Part shown: one piece after another, positions 20,459 through 31,177 of the stretch | How the letters are laid out: every line of letters starts with the position of its first letter | Numbering within the stretch: the stretch's first letter is position 1 | Source of the DNA: an uncultured Solirubrobacterales bacterium | Lineage (GTDB): Bacteria; Actinomycetota; Thermoleophilia; Solirubrobacterales; Solirubrobacteraceae | DNA: 64,000 bases | Assembly: GCA_963849455.1 (NCBI GenBank) | Contig: CAWKHE010000002.1 | Span: forward strand, 1,488,011 to 1,552,010 | Reading direction: 5' to 3' | Position numbers and translations under genes: made by a program | The notes under the pieces: generated by a model | Seen by the model: only the letters and a program-made list of their open reading frames with translations | Database searches by the model: none | Told to the model about the DNA's origin: nothing

Positions 20459-21865
20459 ATGGCCTCCGAAGCGCTGACGCCTCCCGCCACCAAGTCCACT
20501 GCCGACGACCAAGGTCAGTCGCGGACGGCCCTGGTCTCCGTTCTGGCCGCGGCCCTGCTGGTCGTGCTCAAGCTCGGAACGGGTGTCGCGACCGGCAGCC
20601 TGAGTCTGATCTCGGCCGGTGTTGAGTCCAGCGGCGACGTTATCGCCGCGGTCCTGACGTTTCTGGCCATTCGCCTGGGGGGACGCCCGGCTGACGCTGA
20701 CCACCACTACGGGCACCGCCGGGCGGAGAACCTTGGGGCGCTGGGGGAGGGGGCCATCCTGCTTGGCGGCGGGGTGTTCATCGTCGTCGGGGCGCTCGGG
20801 CGCCTGACCGGGCAGCCAGAGCCGCTGGCCATGCACTGGTATGTCTTTGCCGTTATCGGCATCGCGCTGCTGGTCGATTGCAGCCGCATCGCGGTATCGG
20901 TTCGCAGCGCACGCAGGTACAAGTCCGCCGCGCTTCGCTCAAATGCCTTTCACTTTGCCGGCGACATGGCGGGTTCGCTCGCCGTCCTGGCGGGACTCAC
21001 CGCGGTCGCGCACGGCTTCAAGCAGGGGGACGCCCTCGCGGCGCTCGTCGTCGCGGCCATCATTTTCATCGCTGCCGGACGCCTGATCTACGAAAACGCT
21101 CGGGTCCTGATGGACACCGCTCCCGCTGGCGCTCAGGCTCGCGCTGAGCACGCCATCAGCGAGCTCGGTGAGGACGTCGAGCTGCGCCGGCTACGCCTGC
21201 GCGAGTCCGGCGGGCGCTTCTTCGCCGACGCCGTTATCGCGGTTCCGCCCGGCCAGGCCGTCGTCGAAGGCCATGTGACCGCCGACGCGGTCGAGGCGGC
21301 CGTGCGGGGTGCGCTACCGGACTCGGACGTCGTTGTGCACTACGAGCCGCGTCGCGAAGGGCTGGACCTGCGCGACCGCGTCCTCGCAGCCGCGCTCGCC
21401 GAGCCGCTGGTGCGCGAGGCACACGACATCACGATCTACGAGGCAGGCGGGCGCGTCAGCGTCTCCCTGCATCTCAAGATGGCTGCTGATGTCAGCGTCG
21501 GTGAAGCACATGACGTCGCCGAGCTTGTCGAGGCGGCTGTGGGCAATGAGCCCGGCGTCGATGACGTCCATACGCACCTGGAGCCGTTGGAGCGGCCGGT
21601 CGCGGCGCGTCCCGAAGACGACGGCGACCAGAGAGACGAGGCGCAGCGCCAGCGCATTCACGATCTCGTGATCGAGCGGACCGGGCAGCCACCTCGCGAC
21701 CTTCGCCTCTTGCACGCCGACGCCGGACTGGTGGTCTTCGTCTCGGTCGTGGTGTCCCCGCAGATGACGCTCTCGGCCGCACACGAACTGGCCAGTCGCC
21801 TCGAGGACGACATCCGCGCAGACCAGCCGCACATGCAGGATGTGGTCGTCCACACCGAGCCGTGA
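20459..21865 (+). CDS. Cation diffusion facilitator (FieF-like) with three C-terminal ZT_dimer-like domains
   Basis: TM domain, PADADHHYGHRRAE, SAALRSNAFHFAGD; three repeats ending VVVHYEP, VHTHLEP, VVVHTEP. Confidence 0.9.
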   Translation: MASEALTPPATKSTADDQGQSRTALVSVLAAALLVVLKLGTGVATGSLSLISAGVESSGDVIAAVLTFLAIRLGGRPADADHHYGHRRAENLGALGEGAILLGGGVFIVVGALGRLTGQPEPLAMHWYVFAVIGIALLVDCSRIAVSVRSARRYKSAALRSNAFHFAGDMAGSLAVLAGLTAVAHGFKQGDALAALVVAAIIFIAAGRLIYENARVLMDTAPAGAQARAEHAISELGEDVELRRLRLRESGGRFFADAVIAVPPGQAVVEGHVTADAVEAAVRGALPDSDVVVHYEPRREGLDLRDRVLAAALAEPLVREAHDITIYEAGGRVSVSLHLKMAADVSVGEAHDVAELVEAAVGNEPGVDDVHTHLEPLERPVAARPEDDGDQRDEAQRQRIHDLVIERTGQPPRDLRLLHADAGLVVFVSVVVSPQMTLSAAHELASRLEDDIRADQPHMQDVVVHTEP

Positions 21866-21973
21866 GGCTCGATTCGACGGAGTCGATGCCCGGGCGCTTG
21901 GATTGGCCCACTCGGATAGGAAAAGTCACCGCTGCGCGCGCATTTTGCATCTGAGTGCGATGCCGCCGGCGAT

Positions 21974-22120
21974 CGCGGTGGCGCGACGGCCGACGGCGCG
22001 GCGTGAGGCCCCGCGCCGCCGCGGTGGCGCGACGCCCGACGGTGCGGCGTGAGGCTCCGCGCCGCCGGCGTTGCGCGGCGGGCCGACGGCGCAGTGGGAG
22101 GTACCGCGCCGCCGGCGTTG
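21974..22120. repeat. Three tandem 46-47 bp palindrome-containing (REP-like) repeats
   Basis: Units 21974-22019, 22020-22065, 22066-22112, each with a GGCGCGG..CCGCGCC-type stem, between convergent genes. Confidence 0.75.
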
Positions 22121-22131
22121 CCGGCCCGAGT

Positions 22132-22941
22132 TCAGCCGAGGAACGAGTGAAACTCGCCCAAGCGTTCGGGCAGCTTCGGAGTGAACGGCTTGAAGTGGTA
22201 GGGCTTGGACGTGTCAAACCCTGCCTTGCCGGCCGCTGCCTTGTCCGCGAACGGGGTCAGGGCAGTGACGGCCTGGCTGATCTTTCTCCACTTCAGCGTC
22301 CGCTCGTAGCCGTTGTTGTTGGGCGGGTCGATGCTCTCGGCCTTGCCCTGGACGCCGGTCGTCTTTTCGATCGGTCCGCCGTCGACGGCGGCCACGCCTG
22401 ACGCCAGCACTCGGGCGAGCGTGCGGTGATCACTCTCGATGCCCATGATGCGCGCGGCGGTCACGCGCAGATCAGGCGTGCTGAAGTCGCGTACGCCGAC
22501 GAGGTAGGCCGCGATGAACGCGTCTTCCAAGGTGACCAGCACGTTGAGGGTCGTCTGGGCATCGGAGAACATCTTCGGCGGGTAGTAGAACGTCCTGAAC
22601 GGCGAGGGCTTCCGGGTCACGCTCTGCTCCAGCGCGTAGTGAGACATCTCCTCCTGCCGGGCCGCGCGCAGATAGCCCTGGTCATCGGACTGCAGCCGCG
22701 TGAAGAACGGCGCCTTGTCGATGATGTTCGTGTACGTCGTGACGGCCAGCGCCTCGGCGATCTGGGCGGCGCCGACGATGGCGAGGTCACCCCTTCTCAA
22801 ACCGCCTTTCCTGGCCTCGGCGAACGACGGAACGAGGGCCTCCAGCGTCGAGGCGCTGATCAGGACGCCGGCGCCAGATGCCGCTGTCCTGGTGAGGAAC
22901 TGCCTGCGGTCCGTTCCCGGTCCTGCCTGCTCTACGGACAT
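22132..22941 (-). CDS. Tat-exported ferritin-like domain protein
   Basis: DRRQFL twin-arginine signal; carboxylate/His motifs IAEALA, QEEMSH, LEDAF, GIESDH; AAGGGAG RBS. Confidence 0.85.
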   Translation of the reverse strand: MSVEQAGPGTDRRQFLTRTAASGAGVLISASTLEALVPSFAEARKGGLRRGDLAIVGAAQIAEALAVTTYTNIIDKAPFFTRLQSDDQGYLRAARQEEMSHYALEQSVTRKPSPFRTFYYPPKMFSDAQTTLNVLVTLEDAFIAAYLVGVRDFSTPDLRVTAARIMGIESDHRTLARVLASGVAAVDGGPIEKTTGVQGKAESIDPPNNNGYERTLKWRKISQAVTALTPFADKAAAGKAGFDTSKPYHFKPFTPKLPERLGEFHSFLG

Positions 22942-22985
22942 GAGCGAATCTCCCTTCTGAGAGATTGTGGGTTGATAACCCCTCA

Positions 22986-23010
22986 TACGCCGACCGGTTT
23001 GGGCTGGATC
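22986..23010 (-). promoter_or_regulatory. Putative ECF (SigK-like) promoter of the ferritin-like gene
   Basis: Minus strand reads GATCC-N16-CGTA about 45 nt upstream of the start. Confidence 0.4.
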
Positions 23011-23039
23011 ACCCGTGTGTCGGGACCGTTCCAGCCGGG

Positions 23040-23066
23040 CGTCAGAGGGCCGTCAAACAGACGTCA
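23040..23066. promoter_or_regulatory. Three CGTCA direct repeats at 11-bp phase (SARP/OmpR-type site)
   Basis: CGTCA at 23040, 23051 and 23062. Confidence 0.55.
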
Positions 23067-23089
23067 CGGTGGGAGTACGCTTTGACGTA

Positions 23090-23326
23090 GTGCTGCGGGC
23101 ACGGCTGTTAGGGGCGCTCGAGATCGAGCTCAACGGGACCGCGATCTTCGGATGGCGCCTCGAGCCCATCGGGGAAGGCACCCGGATCACCGTCGACGTC
23201 GAGATCCCCGACCCCGAGACGCAGCGGCTCGACAGCCAGCGCCAGATCATCAGCACTTCGATGACACAGCTCGCACAGCTCGCCAGCGGAGAGACAAGCC
23301 CTGCCAACGGCGCGCCCGCCGCCTAG
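23090..23326 (+). pseudogene. Chimeric remnant: SARP/BTAD regulator N-terminus fused to an SRPBCC C-terminus
   Basis: VLRARLLGALEIELNGTAI joined in frame to FGWRLEPIGEGTRITVDVEIP..LAQLA. Confidence 0.6.
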
Positions 23327-23341
23327 CTGAAAGGATTTGCC

Positions 23342-23800
23342 ATGCCGAAGACACTTACTCTTTCACTGACCTCGGCGGTGCTGATGGTCGCGCTTGCCGC
23401 GTGTGGAGGGTCAAACAGCACCAGCAGCGCGAGTTCCTCGTCAGCCTCCACTGCTGCCTCGAGCTCGACGTCGGCGTCGAGTTCCGCGGCCGCGCCGGCC
23501 GCTGCCTCGGGCACGGTGCTCCCGTTGGCCGCCGATCCCAGTGGGCAGCTGAAATACAGCTCGAAATCGTTGAGTGCCAAGGCCGGAAAGGTGGAGATCA
23601 AATTCACCAACATGGCGCCCGAGATGCACAACGTCACCATCCAGAAGGGAACCAACGGAGCCGTGGTCGGGGCCACCCCGACCTTCACCGGCGGCAGCCG
23701 GACCCTGACGGCCAACCTCAAGCCGGGGACCTACACGTTCTACTGCAGCGTCCCGGGACACCGGGCGGGAGGCATGCTGGGCACGCTCACCGTCAAGTAG
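23342..23800 (+). CDS. Cupredoxin (plastocyanin/azurin-like) lipoprotein
   Basis: Lipobox LAAC, Ser/Ala linker, HNV..YTFYCSVPGHRAGGMLG type-1 Cu ligands. Confidence 0.92.
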   Translation: MPKTLTLSLTSAVLMVALAACGGSNSTSSASSSSASTAASSSTSASSSAAAPAAASGTVLPLAADPSGQLKYSSKSLSAKAGKVEIKFTNMAPEMHNVTIQKGTNGAVVGATPTFTGGSRTLTANLKPGTYTFYCSVPGHRAGGMLGTLTVK

Positions 23801-23838
23801 CCCGATCAGCCGAGGGACCGCTCGCGCTTTACGGCTTG

Positions 23839-24617
23839 TTACGGGGGTGGACGCGTGTTCATCTTCTCGGCCACGAATGCGATCTTTCGCACCCGTCCTT
23901 TGCGCAGCCAGTCGCTCCAGAGTTGGTGGGCAGTCAGCAGCTCGTCCAGCGCCCGGTGGCCGATCTGTGCGGCAATAGCCGGCGCGTCGGCGGCAAACGC
24001 GTTGATCAACGCATCCGCCACGACACGGTGAGTGCGACTGAAGTCATCCTGCCAGCGGACGACCAACCCGGCGCGTTCCAGACCCGTGAGCATGTCAAGC
24101 AGCGGGGTGAGCCAGACCGTGTCGGCGTCGGGCATGCGGTCTCGCTCGGCCTCGGTGAGGGGCAGGCCCTCTTCCATCGTGAACGCGAAGCGTCCGCCGG
24201 TTCTCAGCGCCCGGGCGATCTCCTCAAGCAGCGGCTCCTTTTCGGGAAAGGCGAGCATGGTCTCGAGCAGGAGCACGACTTCAAACTGGCCGGGAGGTAC
24301 GGGGGGATTCGCGAGAGTTCGAAGCGACAGGAAAGGTCGCCGGCGCGTGTCCGGGCGATGTCGAGCGCGCTGGGACTGAAGTCCACCCCCAGATATCTGC
24401 ACCCCAGTTCCCGGGTGATGAACCGTCCCGGCCCGGCGACTCCGCAGCACAGGTCAAGCACGGAGACCCCGGGGCTGATGCCTGCCCGAGCGGCCAGAGC
24501 CCGGATGTCTGTGGCGCGCATCAAGCTCTCCTGCTCGACGAACTCCCCCGGGCCGTAGGCGGACTCACGGGCCCGCTGCAGGGCTCGGACGAAGGGAGCG
24601 CGCTCGTCCTGCTTCAC
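23839..24617 (-). CDS. SAM-dependent methyltransferase (frameshift near 24300)
   Basis: GEFVEQESLM, VLDLCCGVAGPG, YLGVDFS; then FEVVLLLETMLAFP..LRTGGRFAFT. Confidence 0.82.
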
Positions 24618-24768
24618 CGCTGTCCTAGCCCCACGCCGTTGGCGCTCTCTGGCGTCACCCACCGCAGGATGTCATTCCGGCCGGGAAGGCTTGTCCTGGG
24701 GCCGGAGTCTTGGTCGGTGTGAAGCAAGCACGGAGGAGCCGCTGGCGGTCGAGGCGAGGAGGCCCGTG

Positions 24769-27287
24769 ATGCGGCGGCTGCTGGCCACCCCGGGCCCCGC
24801 GCATTGGAATATCTCAGCCGAACGCGTGATGCGCATGGTTGACCTCGGGCCGGCGACCGTCCTGATTGTCGAAGTACTGATCTTCCAGGTGATGCTGTTC
24901 GCCACCGTCGCCGGAACCGTCCGCCTTACCGGGGCCGGCCTCAACCCCACCGGCTGGGTTGTCGCCGCCGTCTGCGGCGCGGTCACGAATGCGGCCCTGG
25001 CCCGCGGCCGCGCGCACTACTGCGCCGACCGGCTGAGCCCCGCCGACTGGGTGACCCTCGCTCGGGCCACGGTCGCTGTCGGCGTCGCAGCGCTGATCGC
25101 GGACTCCTTTTACCGGCCCGCGGCGGTCACGATGCTGGTGTCACTCGCGGCGATCGCCCTCGCGCTGGATGCGGTCGATGGATGGGTCGCGCGGCGGACG
25201 GGAACGATGGGGAGGTTGGGCGCGCACTTTGACGCCGAGGTCGACGCGTTCCTGATCATGATCCTCAGTGTTTATGTCGCACGCTCAGTCGGCATGTGGG
25301 TGCTCGCGATCGGCGCGGCGCGCTACGCGTTCCTTGCCGCCGGTTGGCCGCTGGCATGGATGCGCGAGCCACTGCCGCCGCGCTCCTGGCGCAAGGCGGT
25401 CGCCGCGATCCAGGGCATCGCGCTCACGATCGCGGCCAGCCATGTCCTGCCAATGGCTCTTGACCAGGCCGTCCTCGTCGTGGCCCTCGTGCTGCTGGCC
25501 GAGTCCTTCGGCCGCGACGTGTGGTGGCTCCGAAGTCGCCGGCACGACATGCTTTTGGCGGTGGCCGTGGGTACGGATCCCGGCACCGGTCTCGCGGACC
25601 GGACTCCCCCCGGCACAGATCTCGCGGAGGCGACGCCCCCGAGGTCCGGACCCGAACGCGGACGCGCGCGAAAGACCATCGCCCTGGTCCTGACAGCCCT
25701 CGCCGCGGCGCTCGTATGGGTCGTCCTCGTCGCACCAGACCAGCCCCAGAACCTCAACCTGATCGCCTTCCTCAGGATCCCCCTCGAGGGCCTCGCTCTG
25801 ATCACCGTCGCCGTCGTCCTGCCCGCGACCCGCGGCGCGTTCTGGCCACGATCCTCGGACCAGCTCTCGCCCTGCTCGTCATCTTGAAGATCCTCGACAT
25901 CGCGTTCTTCACGGCCTTCGCCCGACCGTTCGACCTCATCGGCGACGCCGGCGACGCCGGGATCGGGATCGAAACGCTGCGCGACGCCCTCGGTCATACC
26001 GAGGCGAACCTGATCGTCTTCGGTGGGGTGGCGCTCGCGGTAGCACTACTCGTCGTCATGACCCTGGCGACGCTTCGGCTGACCCGGGTCGCCTCTGGCC
26101 ATCGCCGGCGGTCACTTGGCGCCGTCGCGGGACTCGGGGCCGTCTGGCTGGTCTGCTCTGTCTCAGGCGCCCAGCTTCTCGCCCACACGCCCGTCGCCTC
26201 CGCGAGCGCCGCCGACTACGTCCTGCACGAGGTAGGAACGGTGCAGGCCGACATCCACGACGAGGGTGTCTTCGCCAAGCAGATCAACCACGACCCGTTC
26301 CGCGGCACCCCGGCCAGTCGGCTGCTGACCGGTCTGCGTGGCAAGGATGTCCTGCTCGTATTCGTCGAGTCCTACGGGCAGGTTTCGGTCCAGGGGTCCT
26401 CCTTCTCGCCGGCCATCGATGCCCTTCTCAATCGCGGGACGAGCCAATTGGGGGACGCCGGCTTCTCCGCTCGGAGCGCCTTCGTCAACGCGCCGGGTTT
26501 CGGCGGCATCAGCTGGCTCGCGCACTCCACCCTGCAGTCGGGCGTCTGGGCCAACGATCAAAGGCGCTACGACCAGCTCGTCGCCACAGACCGGTTCACG
26601 CTCAGCGACGCGTTTAACCGCGCCGGGTGGCGGAGCATCAACTTCGCGCCCGCCGACGATCGCTCCTGGCCGGAAGGATCATCGTTCTATCACTACGACA
26701 AGCTCTACGACCGCCACGAGATGGGTTACCGGGGTCCGGGCTTCAACTACGCGCCCATGCCCGACCAATACATGTTCGCGGCCCTGCAGCGCCTGGAGCT
26801 CGCGAAAACCCACCGTCGACCCCTGTTTGCGGAGGTGGACACCGTGTCGAGCCACATGCCTTGGGACCGCATCCCCCAGATGGTCCCGTGGAATGAAGTG
26901 GGCGACGGCTCGATCTTCAATCGCACACCAATCGACCGCGAGCCGAGCGCGTTCTGGTGGCACCCCAACCAGGTCAAGGCTGCCTACGCCCGGTCACTCG
27001 AGTACTCCCTGAACGCGCTGATCTCCTTCGTCGGGCACTACGGCACGAAGAACCTCGCGCTCGTCGTCGTCGGTGACGAGCAGCCGCTGGCGATCGTCAG
27101 CGGGCAGAACGCCAGCCACGAGGTGCCGATCTCGATCATCGCTCACGACCCGGCGGTGTTTAAGCGGATCAAAGGCTGGGGATGGCAGTCGGGCCTGCTG
27201 CCCCGTCCCACCGCGCCGGTCTGGCGAATGAGCGCCTTCCGAGATCGCTTCCTGACCGCGTACGGGCCGCGGCCGGCAGACCGTTAG
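24769..27287 (+). CDS. CDP-alcohol phosphatidyltransferase fused to a membrane-anchored sulfatase/alkaline-phosphatase-like domain (frameshift near 25830)
   Basis: LDAVDGWVARR..LGAHFDAEVD CDP-AP motif; second frame DVLLVFVESYG, GGISWLAHSTL, SSHMPW, VVVGDEQP; AGGAGG RBS. Confidence 0.85.
25579..25638 (+). repeat. Imperfect 30-bp tandem duplication in the interdomain linker
   Basis: Encodes PGTGLADRTP / PGTDLAEATP. Confidence 0.55.
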
Positions 27288-27293
27288 CTCGTC

Positions 27294-28426
27294 GTGGACG
27301 AGACCGCGGGACACCGAGCTTCGGTCGCCGATCCTCGGGCGGCGCGGCTGGCGGGTCTCGACGGCGTCCGCGGGCTCGCAGCGCTGTATGTCGTCGTCAA
27401 CCACGTGTTCCTGCGTGCCTTCCCCGGCTATCCGGTGGACCACGCGCCGTTCTGGGCCGCCTGGTTCATCTACGGGCGGTTCGCGGTCGTGGTGTTCATC
27501 GTCCTGTCCGGTTTCTCACTGGCGCTGTCGCCGGCGCGCCACGGCTGGCGCCTGGGCGCAGTCGCGCGATTCGGGGCGCGTCGGGCCCGGCGCATCCTCC
27601 CGGCGTATTGGGCCGCCCTTGTCTTCAGCCTCGCCGTGGCGTGGCTGATCGTCCCTGCCCCGGGGCACGGAGTGCCCGACGCGCGGTCGGTGTTCGTCAA
27701 CGGTCTGCTGGTGCAGAACCTCGTCCGTGCCCATAGCCCCAACGCGGCGTTCTGGTCGATGGCCGTCGAGGCCCAGCTCTACGTCCTGTTCCCCCTGTTG
27801 CTGCTGGTGGTGCGCCGGTGGGGTGCGGTCGTCATGGTCGCCGCCGTCACGCTCGTTGTGGCGGCGGTGGGCGTTGTCGGTCCGCACTCGGCGTTGCACA
27901 CCTTCGTGATCCAGTCCCCGCCCGATCTCGCGGCTCTGTTCGCGGTCGGCATTCTGGCCGCCGGCATCGTGGGCGCCAGCAGCGCTCGCCGATCGTGGCC
28001 GTGGGGATGGCTCGCGCTCGCCGCCGTAGCGCCCGTGCTCGCGACGATCGGGTGGCAGGGTTCGGTGTGGACGGTCGACCACCTTTTCTGGGTCGACCTC
28101 GCGCTTGGCCCCGCGCTCGCCTGCCTGATGGCCGCGCTGGCCACCGGCCGTCCGGCGCCTCTCCTGCGCGTGCTCGACGCGCGGCCGATACGCAACCTCG
28201 GCTCATCGTCCTACAGCCTGTACCTGACGCATGGCCCGCTTGTCGTTGTCGTCTACGAGAGGATCGGGCCAGGCGGGTTCGCCCGGGCATCCCGGCGTTC
28301 GTGGTCTCGCTCGCTCTGGTGCTGCCGCTGACGATCCTGTTCGCGCGGGCCTTCGCCGCGGTCTTCGAATCCGGGTGGTCACAGCTTCACGTCTGGTCGG
28401 CGATCTCTCGCTGGCAGCACACGTGA
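27294..28426 (+). CDS. Acyltransferase-3 (OafA-like) membrane O-acyltransferase, 3' frameshift
   Basis: LDGVRGLAALYVV, FIVLSGF, RARRILPAYW, WSMAVEAQLY, SYSLYLTH. Confidence 0.9.
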
Positions 28427-28530
28427 ACAGATCGGGTGCCGGCATGAGCAGCACGTGCCACCGTCCCGGATGCTGCCGATAGCGTTCACGGGCCTCCCTG
28501 GCGCCGCCGTCCTCGGAGTGACATGGTTCC

Positions 28531-29278
28531 GTGGTAGCTGGTCTCAGAGGGGGACCGAACCGCCGCTCCGGGAGGGAGTTACTCACGCCTGACCGTCCTT
28601 ATACGCTGTTGAGTTGCGGCATGTCGATCGACGGCTATCTCGGCGCCGCGGCGCCGCGGCGCCTCGAGCTGTCCAACGACGCCGACTTCGACCGCGTCGA
28701 CGCGGTGCGCGCCTCCTGCGATGCGATCCTGGTCGGGGCGGCCACCGTGCGCAACGACAACCCGCGGCTGCTGGTGCGCTCGAAGACCCGCCGCCACGAG
28801 CGAACGGCGCGTCGGCTTGCCCCCGTCGCCGATCAAGGTCACCGTGACCGAGCGGGTGGAGCTAGACGCGTGCGCCGACTTCTTCACCACCGGAGAGGCT
28901 GAGAAGCTCGTCTACTGCACGAGCGAGCGGGTAGTGGATGCGCGCTCGCGACTCGGACCGGTGGCGACCGTAGTCGACGGTGGCCAACCGGTGCAGATGC
29001 GCAGGATCTGTGAGGACCTGGGCGCCCGCGGCGTGCAGCGGTTGATGGTCGAGGGTGGCGGCAAGGTACACACCCAGTTTTTGACCGACAACCTCGCCGA
29101 TGAGCTGCAGCTGGTCGTTGCTCCCTTCTTCGTTGGCGACTCCCGTGCCCCACGGTTCGTGAGTGACGGCCGCTTCCCGTGGAACCCCGGCCGGCGCGCG
29201 ACGCTCTGCGGGGTCCGGCAGATCGGCGACGTGGTGCTCCTGCGCTATGCGCTTTCGCCGCGGTTTCAGACCGACTGA
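28531..29278 (+). CDS. RibD C-terminal (pyrimidine reductase/DHFR-like) domain protein, frameshift near 28820
   Basis: RPYTLLSCGMSIDGY, DAILVGAATVRNDNPRL, LMVEGGG, ADELQLVVAPFFVG; start uncertain (GGAG RBS precedes an ACG codon at 28585). Confidence 0.88.
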
Positions 29279-29300
29279 ACCGAGGCGCTCGACGTCCCGG

Positions 29301-30122
29301 TCAGGGCAGCACGAGCAGGTCGGCGTGGTCAACGGTGACGGCGAGCTGTCCCGCTGAGGCCTGCGCCAGACGTCGGCGTCTGTAGGCCTCGGTCCCGGCG
29401 GCCAAGCTGACCTTCTGCTCGCACGCCGCATCAACCCAGCCGCTGAACCACTCGGCGGCGAGCTCGGCCTGCAAGGCGTCCAGCCGCCAGGGACTGAGCC
29501 GGACCAGGACCTCGGCACCGGCTCGGCCCAGCTCCTCGACGGCGAAGGCAACGGCGTCCGGTCCGAGCCGGCGACCTCCGTCCGTCCCGCGGCGCTGGTG
29601 GGCATCAAAGGCGGCGGCCACGCGCCGGTCGAGCCGATCAGTCGGGCTCAGTTCGACGCGACCGACGACCGACAGGGTGAGCAGCATCGGGCACGAGGCG
29701 CGGCGACAGACCTGGATCAGCCTGACCAGGTCTTCCTTGGTCAGCATGTCCAGCAGCGCTGATGCGGTGATGAGGGACGCATCGGCCAGATCGCCCGCCT
29801 CCAGCCGGGTGATGTCGGACTGCTTGGCCTCGACGGTGACTGGGGCGCCGTCGGCGGCCGGCCCGGGCGGGTTGGTGGTGACGACCTGCAGAAGGTCTGG
29901 ATCCCGGTCGTGCCCGACCCAGTGCTGCTGACCGGCCAGCAGCGGCGCGAGCCACCGGCCCATCGCTCCCGTGCCGCAGCCGAGGTCGTGGATCACTCGG
30001 TGGCCGGTTGCCGGGAGGCGTCGCCTGAGGTGTTCGACGAGGTCTGAGGCACGAGCCGCGGCGTCAGCAGGCTCGCGGAGGGCCAGCCACCCCGCGCTGA
30101 CTCGGATGTCCCTGACGGTCAC
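29301..30122 (-). CDS. Class I SAM-dependent methyltransferase
   Basis: WLALREPADAAAR, IHDLGCGTGAM, ITASALLD; GTGA coupling to the GT4 gene. Confidence 0.88.
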   Translation of the reverse strand: MTVRDIRVSAGWLALREPADAAARASDLVEHLRRRLPATGHRVIHDLGCGTGAMGRWLAPLLAGQQHWVGHDRDPDLLQVVTTNPPGPAADGAPVTVEAKQSDITRLEAGDLADASLITASALLDMLTKEDLVRLIQVCRRASCPMLLTLSVVGRVELSPTDRLDRRVAAAFDAHQRRGTDGGRRLGPDAVAFAVEELGRAGAEVLVRLSPWRLDALQAELAAEWFSGWVDAACEQKVSLAAGTEAYRRRRLAQASAGQLAVTVDHADLLVLP

Positions 30123-31177
30123 GGCAAAACCGCCGTCAGGACGCGCGCGAGGACGGAGGTGGTCGTCGCCCACCCGGACAGCGACTGGCGACGCTCGCGG
30201 GCGGCTTGGCGCAACCGCCCGCGCAGCTCAGCGTCGACGAGCCACGCGCGGAGCGCGGCACCGAGTGCGGCTGGGTCATCCGCCGGAACCAGCAGCCCCG
30301 GACGGGTTCCGCCGGCGCCATATCCGAGGGTCTCCGGCAGGCCGCCGACATCGGTGGCGACGACCGGTAGGCCGCGGGCCAGAGCCTCGGTGACGACCAT
30401 CCCGTAGGTCTCGGCCCGCGACGGCAGGACGGTCAGGTCCGCGGCGGCGTAGCTGCGGTCCAGATCGGTCCCGATCCGCGGTCCGGGGAAGGAGACACGG
30501 CCGGCCACCTCGCCGTTGTGTGAGCGGCGACGAAGACCCTCCGCGAACGGCGGATCACGGTCCAGGCTGCCCACGCACACGCAGCGCCAGGACAGGTCCG
30601 TCGTTGCCGCCAGCGCATCGATGAGCACGTCGTGGCCCTTGGCGTAGGTCACCGCCGCCACACACAGCAGCGACCCGCCGCCGGCGGTCCCGGTTGCGAG
30701 GTCGGCGGGGTCGACCCCGGGCTCGGCGACGTGCAGCCGGTCGGCGGGCAACGGGTACAGCTCCAGCAGCCGGCGCCGGCTCCACGCGCTGGTCGTGATG
30801 ACGGTCGCCGCGGCCGAGAGGACCGCGTGCTCTCGCAACCGTGCATCGTGGATCGCCGGGCGGTGGCCGAGTGGCATGTGCACGAGCACGACCAGGCGCA
30901 ACCGGCTCGCCTGCGGCACCAGCACCTCGGGCGCCGTCGAGGCGACCAGCCCGTCGAGCAGCACGACGGTGTCGTCGGGAATCCTCAGGACGACGTCGGC
31001 CAGGGCAGCCGACGACGCTGGGTCGCGTCGCGGCCAGGAGCCGGGGACGGCGTGCTCGTGCACCGACCAGCCGAGCGTGCTCAGCCCGCGGCAGAGATGG
31101 CGGTCGTAGGTGTTGCCGCCGCTCGGCCGGGCCGGGTCGTCGATGCCGTCGGGCACGACGACGTGGACCGCGGTCAA
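30119..31177 (-). CDS. Glycosyltransferase family 4
   Basis: [36 protein letters not shown]. Confidence 0.92.
   Translation of the reverse strand: MTAVHVVVPDGIDDPARPSGGNTYDRHLCRGLSTLGWSVHEHAVPGSWPRRDPASSAALADVVLRIPDDTVVLLDGLVASTAPEVLVPQASRLRLVVLVHMPLGHRPAIHDARLREHAVLSAAATVITTSAWSRRRLLELYPLPADRLHVAEPGVDPADLATGTAGGGSLLCVAAVTYAKGHDVLIDALAATTDLSWRCVCVGSLDRDPPFAEGLRRRSHNGEVAGRVSFPGPRIGTDLDRSYAAADLTVLPSRAETYGMVVTEALARGLPVVATDVGGLPETLGYGAGGTRPGLLVPADDPAALGAALRAWLVDAELRGRLRQAARERRQSLSGWATTTSVLARVLTAVLP

Noticed and set aside
21974-22120. Possible CRISPR array
   Set aside because: The repeats abut each other with no unique spacers, and there are no cas genes in the window.
28364-28375. TTCGAATCCGGG matching the tRNA-Thr T-arm as a possible attR
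   Set aside because: Only 12 nt, inside the acyltransferase coding region, and it does not extend to the tRNA 3' end; compatible with chance.
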